The notes under the pieces were generated by a model. That model was given only the letters and a program-made list of their open reading frames with translations, did no database searches and was not told where the DNA came from. A program made the translations under genes and the position numbers. A stretch of DNA of 53,471 nt, filler included, from Squatina squatina (lineage: Eukaryota), in the NCBI GenBank assembly GCA_031763465.1. It is 3 parts of 2 records of this genome, joined end to end, with 100 filler letters (N's around TTAATTAATTAA, not from the genome) between each part and the next. Parts side by side here need not be neighbours in the genome. Positions count along the whole stretch, not along the records: positions 1 to 23,489 come from JARFOE010000001.1; 2 more parts are not named here. One strand, given 5' to 3'. This document shows, one piece after another, positions 1 through 10,040 of the stretch (within the stretch, counting starts at the first letter, position 1; every line of letters begins with the position of its first letter).

Positions 1-575
1 ACTCCCCCCCCCCCGCACCAACCCTCTCCCCCCACTCCCCCTCCCAACACCAACCTATCCATTTTTTTTTCACTTGTGCTGCAGCTTATTAATGAACTAC
101 CTGCTTTCCATATTCATTAAACAGCTGGCCTGGCAGATGTGACGAATACTCTCAAGACCCAGAGAGAGCGCAAAAAAAAAATTACTTCCCATCTGGCTCC
201 CTTGCGCCGTAAAAGATGAGAAGATTCTCCCCACCATCCACCCACCCTGGCCAGCCCACCAACCCCCCCCCCCCCCACCGCCATCNNNNNNNNNNATGTC
301 AACATCTGCTCGCTTTTAAAACACAAAAGACAGTGACATTTTAAGCAAATGAGCCTTGTAACTCCTTGGTTTTTATCTTGCCATCTATTGCTCATTAAAG
401 GAAGGACAGCAGCCGCATCAATGTTCATTCCAATCTATTTGTTTATGACTTAAGTCGATGTTAGATCTGCACGCCGTTTTGCATTTTTTATCAGTGACAT
501 ATGGAGCGCATTTATCAACATTTGTTACGATCGGCTTAAATGATTTTGTTAACTCATTTTCTTTTTATTAATCGG

Positions 576-582
<7 letters not shown>

Positions 583-616
<34 letters not shown>
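583..616 (+). repeat. (CT)n microsatellite
   Basis: Direct run tctctctc... The adjoining CT-rich tract at 776-900 explains the spurious SLSLSL/RERERE ORFs. Confidence 0.95.
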
Positions 617-618
<2 letters not shown>

Positions 619-1039
619 GAACCTGCGGCGATGTTTTTCGCATCNNNNNNNNNNNNNNNNNNNNNNNNNNNNNNNNNNNNNNNNNNNNNNNNNNNNNNNN
701 NNNNNNNNNNNNNNNNNNNNNNNNNNNNNNNNNNNNNNNNNNNNATGCCTGTGTTGCTGGAAGTGGGTATCTGTTCCTCCCCCTTTCCCTCTCCCCTTCT
801 CTCACCCTTTCCCTCTCCCTGTGCCTTTCCATGTGCCTCTCCATGGGTTTGTCCCTGTGGTGGTCTCTCTGGTTGTCACACTCTTTCTCTCTCCCTCTCT
901 CGAAGCCTTTCCCTTTGTAACTGGCAGCACCTTTGTCTTCAGCGAAGCATCCTCCAATGGTGAAATCGGAGCAGGTGGTCCACTGCCAGCACAGACCCAA
1001 TGAAACGGCAAAAAATGTAATAAGGTGCAAAGTGCCCTG

Positions 1040-1480
1040 AGTGATAGAGGGGAAAAGGTCAGAGGCAGAACAATCTTTGTGGCAAAAATTGCCGGTATCG
1101 GCCCAACAGTCACTCATCAGAACTTTGACAAACGTAAGAAAAATAATGGCTGACACAAAATCATTTGAAAGATGGCGCCTTTAAATAGCGCTGACGCATC
1201 CGGCTCCCGACAGGAAATCGACAGTTCCGGCTGTTGATGTCATCGCCTATCGGAAACGTCGCTTACACGGGCCAATGTTCCTTCCGGGGCGCTCAGGGAG
1301 TGATGCGCACGGTGATGAGGTCTTCGTCGCCCTGCGCTGACGAGCGCTGCACTGCCGGTGGTAGCGTCGCCGCAAAACCCAGGGCCAATTCCGCGGGAGG
1401 CGAGGTAAGCGGCGCGACCGGACGAAATCCTTTTACCGCCCCATTAGCGCCACCCGGCTGACGATAATGGGGCCAATTCC
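1040..1480. mobile_element. GC/CpG-rich interspersed repeat, probably a non-autonomous DNA transposon (MITE-like)
   Basis: Abrupt CpG-rich block in AT-rich DNA with no credible ORF. Similar-looking blocks occur at 17930-18190, 25540-26130, 31250-31780 and 42100-42700. Boundaries approximate. Confidence 0.45.
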
Positions 1481-3754
1481 GTCCCCTTCATCTCTTGAAG
1501 GGAAATGCATGTGGAGTAAACAAGGGACACTGCGAGTATTTTTCCTGACGTCCAACCCATTTAAAATTCCTGTCATTGCAAGCACGAGACGTTTTGGTTT
1601 GTTTTTGAACCTCTTTGCAAATAAACGAGTTTATGCTACACAGCGTGCGCTCCCATGCTCAGGGGAGCTGCTATTGCACAGTGCATAGGCGCAAGTACTG
1701 TGAATAAATGACTGCGTATTGAAGAGGCAAGACTCTGTAAAAGCAGCAGCACCCTGTGCCTCCCCTCAGAGGCTAGGCTGGTGAAGACTTCTTTTCACTA
1801 CAGCAGATCGAGGAGATGAATAAGTGAATACGGTGGCAGAGGAATTCCATCAGTCCAACCTTAATTACAGGCGAAGGCTCGCATCCTTTTCGCGGCTAAT
1901 TAACAGATTGCGTTGTTAAATGATTAAAATGTCGGAGCTAATGCAGGTACTTTTGTTCATCACTTATTTAAAGGAAGGCAGCACTTTGTACTACACTTTG
2001 CCAGAAGTAAATTAATTTATCCCAATTAACAAAATCTGCCATCACGAATCATTGTCTGAGTTAAGTGTGTTTATCAAGGAAATTGAAGTTGTACGCTGGA
2101 AAGTTTTTCCNNNNNNNNNNNNNNNNNNNNNNNNNNNNNNNNNNNNNNNNNNNNNNNNNNNNNNNNNNNNNNNNNNNNNNNNNNNNNNNNNNNNNNNNNN
2201 NNNNNNNNNNAGACAGCTGCAGTTTTGAAGCAGAATGCACAATCACTGATCCGTGCACACTTAGCCAGCCGATACTGCGTGTTAAAGATTGCTGCCTCTG
2301 CTTGGTAAATATTCCCTTAAGGCAGCCCCCATCTGTTCTTCTGTTTCAGCTGTGGCACAGAGCAGGCAAGGGAGCTGTGTGCTTCTCCTACCTTGCCTCA
2401 TCTCCCTCGGGTTGTGAGCTGCCTGCCCTGTTAGCTATCTTTTTTTTTCCAAATGCTTTATTTTCCTGTTTATTCAGGAAGTGGGCAGTGGGGGGAGCAA
2501 GGGGAATTTTAAAAAAAATCACAGCCTCTTATAACCAATATATCATGTCTGTTGTCATTCTGCTCTGTGAGTGTGTGTGCTTTTACCCTAAGGTGTTGCA
2601 TATCAACCAAATTATGCCTTTGAATGTCTTCCACCATTTTGATTCAGATCTGTGGCGTTTGCAGATATTTCCACCCTGGGATCCATTGTGGTTATATGAC
2701 GCAGATTAAATGAGTCCTTAAATGTGCGTTTAATAATCTTACCACACTTTCATNNNNNNNNNNNNNNNNNNNNNNNNNNNNNNNNNNNNNNNNNNNNNNN
2801 NNNNNNNNNNNNNNNNNNNNNNNNNNNNNNNNNNNNNNNNNNNNNNNNNNNNNATTACTTTAGTCATTCTGCTGATTCTGCACTGCACCCTCTACAAGGC
2901 CGACATATCTTTCTTCAGTGTCCAAAGCTGATGGAGTCTGGCCAAGGCTCCGTACAACTGGAGCATCGCTTTTGAATCGCAATCTCCTTGAGATAAAGGC
3001 AAACACTCCATTAGCCTTTCTAATTGCTTGTTGTACCTGTGCATTCGCTTCTAGTTATTGGCATGTACAAACACCCTTCATTGCTTCACAGCTGCTCCTC
3101 TCTCACAAATAAGAAAATACCTGTTAAAGCCTCGGGGATTTCTTTGGGTCGAATAGCTTTTCCCTCCCCCCATTTTCCCGAAATGCCCTCATCTTTCTCT
3201 TGATGCAGATGGCTGTTAAGTTTGTAGAAACGTTTTGACGCGTGACTGGAATGGCGGTGTTGTGTGGCTATTTAAAATTTCCACTCAAGCTTTAATATAT
3301 TCACTGCAGAGCAGACCTCCGTGTGACAGCTCCACATTAATTATCCGCCTTTGCCGCCTTGCTCGGATTTGCAGTAATCATGTCGGTTTCATGGCAGAGC
3401 ACGGATTTTACTCGTGGAGGGTGTTATGTATTTGTAAATGTCACAAAGCTTTCCTTCGCAAGGCAATTAACTGGCGAGTGAAGAACTGCAACTAATACAG
3501 GCCAAATTGAAATTATTAACTTGGTGTCAAGTGGCCGCCACGGAGAGTAAGGTTATTTCTATTAATACTTCACAGGAAACAAGAAAGAGGCTCGTTGTCC
3601 AAGAGGCAAAAGTTCCATCTCTGGCCTCCAACCTCGCAGTCTTTCTAGCCTATCTCCATCTTAATAAATTCTCCACTCATTGTGCCCAATGATCTCTCTT
3701 ATTCACATTTAGATCCAAATGCACCAGTCCACAACAGCAACAATTTGCACTTAT

Positions 3755-3860
3755 TGCAGAAGCAAAATACTGCGGATGCTGGAATCTGAAATAAAAACAG
3801 AAAATGCCAGAAATACTCAGCAGGGTCAGGCAGCATCCGTGGAGAGAGAAACAGAGTCAA
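3755..3860 (+). mobile_element. Common shark interspersed repeat, Penelope-associated terminal segment
   Basis: agcaaaatactgcggatgctggaatctgaaataaaaacagaaaatgc...cagcatccgtggagagagaaacagag. A near-identical reverse copy lies at 32788-32878 and a partial copy at about 44640-44718. Confidence 0.7.
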
Positions 3861-5799
3861 TGGGCCTGAAATTACGATCGGAGGCTCCCTGCGTGCGGGT
3901 GCCTCTGATTGCAATTTCCCTTAAGCATCTTACCTAAGGGTCCTGGATCCACGGGAGTTTGCGATCTTCAGCCTCGCCCCCGAGTTGGAGNNNNNNNNNN
4001 NNNNNNNNNNNNNNNNNNNNNNNNNNNNNNNNNNNNNNNNNNNNNNNNNNNNNNNNNNNNNNNNNNNNNNNNNNNNNNNNNNNNNNNNNNCCAAGATGAA
4101 TGTGCTCAGTCTGAATATTTAAGGAACTTTTTGACAGACGTTCTGCACTGGAAACTCTCTGAGTGTAAACCTGGTTCCAGTTTACAAGCCTCCTTTGTGA
4201 ACAATCGGAAACAGAGCTACCCTTCCAGTTGCACTGGTATCTGGGACTGATGCTCCAGGCAGCAGCTAGAATAATATTAATAAGCTCAGCTTAAACTGCA
4301 GCTCACAACATGGAAGTCAGCAAGGTAAACTCTCAAAATATTAAGAGAATGCAGTCATCAAACTTACATCTAAACTTTTTATATATAAACAAAAAATAAA
4401 CTTAAAATAGAAAGAGATGGATGTGGTGTGTAACAAATAGTTGAGTTACAAGTATTCAGTATTTTCTTTGAGGTCGACACCCTTTGTAAGTTAAGTTAGC
4501 CAGTTAACAGGTGAAAGGGGGTATGCATGTAAGTGTTTAAACTAGCATGATGATATGGCTCTAATGTGGCTGTAAGTGTAGGGTTATTCAGGTTACTGCG
4601 CTACGCTAATAGGTTATGCATGTTTGAAGGGATCAGACAGTAGTGAGCCGATCGTCTCCAGACAGCGGAGAGTTGGGAGCTTCATGTGCTGTGTTAATTA
4701 AAACTTCATGTTAATTACTTCACGTATCTGAGTTTAATTAAAATAACTCACATAGCACAAAAAATAAGTTACGTAACCTACGTTGAGGTGCCACAGTGGA
4801 GAACATGTCTGTAAAATTGTCAAATATCAACAAGACCAGAGGGTGGGAGAACTTTGTCCTACCCCACAGGGTAATGCATTGGAATGCTTTCCTTTTAAAA
4901 AAAAACAGAGAGGATGAGAAACCTAATTTGGAACGGTCTTTATTGGCCGGTAGTCTACTAGAAGCAAGCCCATGCATTAATGATGAGTGTACAGATACCT
5001 TATGCTGTAGGATATTTATAAGCCCACACAGTTCAATGTGCATTCATCAATCTCATTTGCCACTGCAATCCATTCTTCTTTCAATTGCTTCATTCAAATT
5101 CTCTCGCAACTCAACTTTTTATAGCACTAAATTCCCCCTCTACTCTATTATTTATGTTGCTTCATTCAAATCATTAGATAATTTGACCTTTTTTAAGTAC
5201 AAAAAAAAACTAAGGACCAGATTTTGCTGCAGCAGAGCATCTAACAGCATTTGCCGTTGATTAGACTTGCCCCCTACACCCTTCAGTTCAAACATTTTCA
5301 CCCACTAATTGCTTAAAGTGCAAGCTGATAGCATCGCAGCGAGGGAAACCGGGCATATGGGACCTGAGTAAACAGGACAAGTAACTGTGGAACTCCTTAA
5401 CCAATCGCATTGAAGGAGTTTAGTTCATATCTATCACACAGATTCAGCAACTTCATCGCTATTCAATGCATTTCAGTGGTGACGCAGACAGCAAGATGCT
5501 GTTTACCTGAAGCTAACGGCAAAGCAGCGCAACTTGGACAGCAACTTTTGAATATTGGCATTTTACTGCGCATCTGCCTCTTGCCTGAAATTACTGAACC
5601 ATTTATGCCCCATTAGCATCACCGTTATTTTGACAGCAAAATCTGGCCCTTTTCAGGAGTATTCTGTACCTGGAATTCTCCTTTTTTAGACTTAACTTAA
5701 TCATTAAAATGTTTTCAATTTTGTGCTCATCAAGATGAGCATAGTTAATGCTGGGATTGTTCTCCTTAGAGCAGAGAAGGTTAAGGAGAGATTTTTTTC

Positions 5800-6120
5800 T
5801 TATTCGTTCCTGGGATGTGGGTATTGCTGGCAAGGCCCTAGTTGCCCTTGAGAAGGTGGTGGTGAGCCATAGTCTTGAACAACTGCAGTCCGCATGGTGA
5901 AGGTGCTCCTGCAGTGCTCTTAGGGAGCGAGTTTCAGGATTTTGTCCCAGTGACGATGAAGAAACAGCGATATATTTCCAAGTCAGGATGGTGTGTAACT
6001 TGGAGGGGAAGTTGGAGGTGATGGTGTTCCCATACACCTGCTCCCCTTGTCCTTCTAGGTGGTAGAGATCGTGGGTTTGGGAGGTGCTGTCGAAGAAACC
6101 TTGGTGAATTGCTGCAATGT
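5800..6120 (-). mobile_element. LINE (CR1/L2 clade) 3' fragment
   Basis: Resembles a recalled shark LINE 3' end (ttcgttcctgggatgtggg...gcccttgagaaggtggtggtgagcc). Related RT C-terminal fragment at 44890-45100. Confidence 0.6.
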
Positions 6121-6234
6121 AAGCTTTTCTAGGGNNNNNNNNNNNNNNNNNNNNNNNNNNNNNNNNNNNNNNNNNNNNNNNNNNNNNNNNNNNNNNNNNN
6201 NNNNNNNNNNNNNNNNNNNNNNNNNNNNNNNNNN

Positions 6235-6420
6235 CCCACAAACAGCAATGAAATAAGTGACTAGATAATCTGTTTTTTAGGTGTTGAAGGATAAATATTT
6301 GCCAGGACATATCGGGAGAACTCCCTTGCTCCTCTTCGAAATAATTCCGTGGCATCTTTTATGCCCACCTTGGTTTAATGTCTCATCCCAAAGACGGCAC
6401 CTCCGACAGTGCAGTACCCC
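6235..6420 (-). mobile_element. Deu-domain SINE (SacSINE1-like), partial
   Basis: Reverse-complement match to the copy at 6959-7315 (aaagacggcacctccgacagtgcagtac, gataaatatttgccaggaca). Confidence 0.75.
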
Positions 6421-6829
6421 TCCCCCTCCTCTGTGCTGGTTTAACTCCAGCTGTAGTCACAATCAGCCGGTGGAGCCTGGCTCTTCCTCACCTGCGACTA
6501 GGCTCTCTGAACTTGGCAAGTGAGGTTTGTTCCTACATGTGTGTGCACGGCACATCAGGCAAACTGAACTTGTGCATTTATTAATAGTGTATTTCAGAGA
6601 CTCTGATTTTCTTTTGCTCCCGCGATGCAACTGCCCAAAACATTTGACATTTTTTGTCCCGGTGTTCTTTCACTGATGGTTTTATGTTAAAATTTGAAAA
6701 TATATATTCTGTTGTTGAATTGTGAAGATTTTCAACATTTGAGCACTCGAAGTGTCTTGGTAGAGTGCAGGCTTGTGTTGAAATCGAGACTTGTGACACT
6801 GTCTCGAGCTCCAACTCGCTCTTTATCAG

Positions 6830-6903
6830 ACCTTGCAACTGTGCAGCTCTTCACTTCCCTCAGCCTTTCCTTCCTCCAACCAGCTGCAGGCTATCAAACG
6901 GAG
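6830..6903 (+). CDS. Unidentified gene, candidate exon A (TLQLCSSSLPSAFPSSNQLQAIKR-R)
   Basis: ctttatcag acceptor and gag|gtatca donor. Ends in phase 2, matching the phase-2 start of the 7520 exon. The 5' boundary is uncertain: alternative AGs end at 6863 and 6883. Confidence 0.45.
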
Positions 6904-6958
6904 GTATCAGCTGATCACCAATGTTACTGCTAAGCTTTAATATGCCTAGTCCCTACTC

Positions 6959-7315
6959 CCAGTGCAGTACTGAGGGAGTGCTGCCCTGTTGACGTGACTT
7001 CTTTCAGATGAGACATTAAACCGAGACCCCGTCTGCCCTCTGAGGTGGATGTAAAAGATCCCACGGCCACTATTTTGAAGAAGAGTGGAGGAGTTCTCCT
7101 TGGTTTCCTCAGCTAATAATTATCCCTCAATCAATATCACTAAAACAGATTATCTGGTCATTGTCACATTGCTGTGGGAGCTTGCTGTGCACAAATCAGC
7201 TGCTTTGTTACCTTCATTACAATAGTGATTACACTTCAAAAAGTACTTCGTTGGCTGTGAGGTGCTTTGGGACGTTACAAGGTTGTGAAAGGCGCTATAG
7301 AAATGCAAGTTCTCC
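6959..7315 (+). mobile_element. Deu-domain SINE (SacSINE1-like), nearly complete body and tail
   Basis: gtactgagggagtgctgc...ggtggatgtaaaagatccca...gagcttgctgtgc...aaaggcgctatagaaatgcaag. Several copies in the window align to each other. Confidence 0.8.
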
Positions 7316-7519
7316 CTTTACTTGAATTCTCGCTGTCAGCCTGGTACTCGGTAGAGGGATGGGCATTCTCCGGAGAGGATGGTTAATCGCTGGCCAAAGG
7401 CTGAGCAGTTTGTCCAGTTTTGGGGCAGGCACCTAACGGGAATAAACACTTTGAAATTGTTCAATTTTTAATTCTAAATGACACTTACTCCTTCTACCGT
7501 TTCTGTATCTTGCCTACAG

Positions 7520-7670
7520 GGTTATCGTGCGGGCAATGTGCTCAGTACTGGGTATGTTTGTCTCGCAGAACGACCCCAGGCAGCGAGATAAAAATGTCAA
7601 AACCTTCATCTCCAACCACATCACCCAGTTTGACCACAACATATTGAGTTTGCTCACACCCTGTCACACG
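7520..7670 (+). CDS. Unidentified gene, internal exon B (VIVRAMCSVLGMFVSQNDPRQRDKNVKTFISNHITQFDHNILSLLTPCHT)
   Basis: Pyrimidine tract plus cctacag acceptor and acg|gtaagc donor. 151 nt with only one open frame; phase 2 in, phase 0 out. Confidence 0.75.
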
Positions 7671-7924
7671 GTAAGCTCAAGTGTTATTAGGCAAAGTTGT
7701 TTGTGTTGACATGTGTCCCCTTGCCTAATGCTGGATGTTTGGACGGCTGGTTCTACCAGTCTGTTAGTCCAATAGTGGATGCATTGGTGATCATTTTCGN
7801 NNNNNNNNNNNNNNNNNNNNNNNNNNNNNNNNNNNNNNNNNNNNNNNNNNNNNNNNNNNNNNNNNNNNNNNNNNNNNNNNNNNNNNNNNNNNNNNNNNNC
7901 ACTGGAGGCGATGGTGGATCTCCC

Positions 7925-8095
7925 TTATCTGAAGGAGGAGAGCATGCCAGGCGACCATCTTTAAGAAAGGAGACAAGTCCATTTGTGGTAATTACAGAGG
8001 GGTCTCCCTGCTGTCCGCCACAGGGGAGGTCATCGCAAGAATCCTCCTCAACCGCCTCCTGCCAATGGCCGAAGAGCTCCTCCTTGAGTCACAAG
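7925..8095 (+). mobile_element. RTE-clade LINE reverse transcriptase fragment (intronic)
   Basis: Translates to IFKKGDKSICGNYRGVSLLSATGEVIARILLNRLLPMAEELLLESQ, the KKGD..C.NYR.ISLL RT motif typical of RTE elements. Confidence 0.8.
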
Positions 8096-8638
8096 GTAGA
8101 TTATGTCAGGAGAAAATTAACTTCCAGGGTGGAGAACTTTCATAAAAGTGGAAATTACTGATTCCAAAACACAGCCGTCTTCAGTAAATGCTTACATTTT
8201 TTGACCAGTGGCATCGTATACAGTAGAATCAGTAAAAAGAAATATATTGCAATGGCGACTAAACAATCAGTTGCAAAATCAGGAGGAATTAACAAGTTCA
8301 GGCCCAGAGGAAGCACGATGGCTAAGCCCTAGAAGACAGTTAGGATTGCTGTGAGAGGACTTGGAGAATCAGGGTTTTGCCTGGGAGGAATTGTTGGGGT
8401 CGGGGTGGGGTGGCGGCGGGGAGGCTATGTTTGAGACGAGGAGGAACAGAAGTTGTGGCTTGGATCAAATGGAGAGGCCATAGTAATTGAGGCTGGATTT
8501 GGAAAGGAGCAGTACTGACTATTTTGGGAATCACGGGGTGGTAGCCGGAGCTGAGTGCCGATCCGGCAGTGTCGTATATCCGTGATGGGCAGAATGTCCT
8601 TTTTTTGATTGTATTTTTATTTTGTTCTCTTTTCAAAG

Positions 8639-8730
8639 CCGGTTTCTAAAATGACGTTTGAGAAATCACCAGTTGACAGACACCTGTCCCTGCAGGAAAG
8701 GAAAGACGCCCTATATGCCTACGCAAGGAG
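8639..8730 (+). CDS. Unidentified gene, internal exon C (PVSKMTFEKSPVDRHLSLQERKDALYAYAR-S)
   Basis: Long T-rich tract plus ttttcaaag acceptor and gag|gtcagt donor. 92 nt; phase 0 in, phase 2 out; in frame with exon B. Confidence 0.7.
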
Positions 8731-8976
8731 GTCAGTACCGTTTCTACAAAGCACAGTCGCCAGCGCTCGCGGTGGATGTGGTTTTCCTGCCACAGGAGGC
8801 TTCTCCAATCAATGCTAACTCGGCATTCAAAGTCCACCCAAATCACTGGCGGATAATGTTAATAAACGTGGTTTCGCAACCTTTATTCAAGACACTGTTT
8901 ACCAACTCCCCTCCCCACAGTAACTTATGCATACGAGAGCACGTGTAATTGCTGGGCTTTATGGTTTACACCACAG

Positions 8977-9036
8977 CGGTCCTGCTGGCCTGCGGAGGAT
9001 CTGTGATCCGCAGCGACACTGTCCTTTTGTGGCAGG
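8977..9036 (+). CDS. Unidentified gene, internal exon D (GPAGLRRICDPQRHCPFVA-G)
   Basis: ccacag acceptor and agg|gtgggt donor. 60 nt; phase 2 in and out; open in the required frame. Confidence 0.6.
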
Positions 9037-9456
9037 GTGGGTGCCAGACTTTGCCCGCCTAGTCCTGGTACGCCCCAGGCTGGGTGCAGTTGCCGCAGTA
9101 ACGGCACCTTAACGAGGTGCGAGCTACCGATCGAACAGCTGAGTCAGTCCGAAATACCCCGGCGCGCTTGATACGGTGCACGGGTGGTGCCTTTACCATT
9201 GACCAGCTACGGGAAGGCCCAAACGGCTGTCGTGAGCTACCTGGGCACGGACGGCTGCTCCCAGTGTCCACCGGCGGTGGAAGTGGCGGGGAAACGTGTG
9301 CGTGTAAGTCTACAATTTGAATTGTTGCGCCCTTAGAGATGAGAAATGCTCATCAACCTTTCAGACCAGACCGGCCCCACGAACTGCAGCGGTCTCTCCC
9401 AAATCCCCGTGTTGTTCCTGTGTAATCTCTGACCTCCTTCTTCCTTCCCGACGCAG

Positions 9457-9520
9457 ACGATACATAGAGAAGCACGGATTGCAGCCACAGACCGAAGAGA
9501 ACCAGGACGGGCAACATTGA
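9457..9520 (+). CDS. Unidentified gene, terminal coding exon E (RYIEKHGLQPQTEENQDGQH*)
   Basis: Branch-point-like ctctgac, pyrimidine tract ctccttcttccttccc and cgcag acceptor. Phase-2 start; TGA at 9518-9520. Confidence 0.65.
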
Positions 9521-9731
9521 GTTCGACCGTGGGACCCGATACCCGAGGCTTCACCAGTCATTTCTGTTCCTGGCACCGCGTAAATGGCACCTGAACCATG
9601 TTTTTTTTTTCTTTAATCTAGAAATTAAAGGNNNNNNNNNNNNNNNNNNNNNNNNNNNNNNNNNNNNNNNNNNNNNNNNNNNNNNNNNNNNNNNNNNNNN
9701 NNNNNNNNNNNNNNNNNNNNNNNNNNNNNNN

Positions 9732-9821
9732 GGTCAGCCATGATCGAGTTGAATGGCGGTGCAGGCTCGAAGGGCTGAATGGCCTACTCCTGCACCTATT
9801 TTTCTATTTTTCTATGTTTCT
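9732..9821 (+). mobile_element. CR1-type LINE/HE1-type SINE 3' tail
   Basis: tcagccatgatc...gaatggcggtgcaggctcgaagggctgaatggcctactcctgcacctat...ctatgtttcta. The same tail occurs at 19080-19150 and 22354-22420. Confidence 0.75.
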
Positions 9822-10040
9822 ATCCCACGGCCACTATTTCAAATAAGAGCAGGGGGGAGTTCTCCCCGGTGTCCTGGCCAATATTTATCCCTGAAAAAAA
9901 ATCATGATCTGGCCATGAATCCCATTGCTGTTTGTGGGAGCTTGCTGTGCGCAAAATTGGTTGCTGCGTTTCGCTGCATCGCAACAGTGACCATGCTTCA
10001 AGAAATTACTTCATTGTCTGTAAAGCGCTTTTGGGACGCC
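9822..10040 (+). mobile_element. Deu-domain SINE, partial
   Basis: Aligns to the 3' half of 6959-7315. Confidence 0.75.

Noticed and set aside
540-1156. ORFs with SLSLSL / RERERE tracts
   Set aside because: Translations of a CT microsatellite and low-complexity DNA.
5603-6355. 250-aa minus-strand ORF
   Set aside because: A mosaic of SINE, gap and LINE 3' fragments.
9037-9303. Extra exon ending at the strong cgt|gtaagt donor, with an in-frame TGA (possible selenocysteine)
   Set aside because: All three frames contain stops, the phases do not fit the exon chain, and no SECIS or selenoprotein motif is recognisable. Treated as CpG-rich intron.
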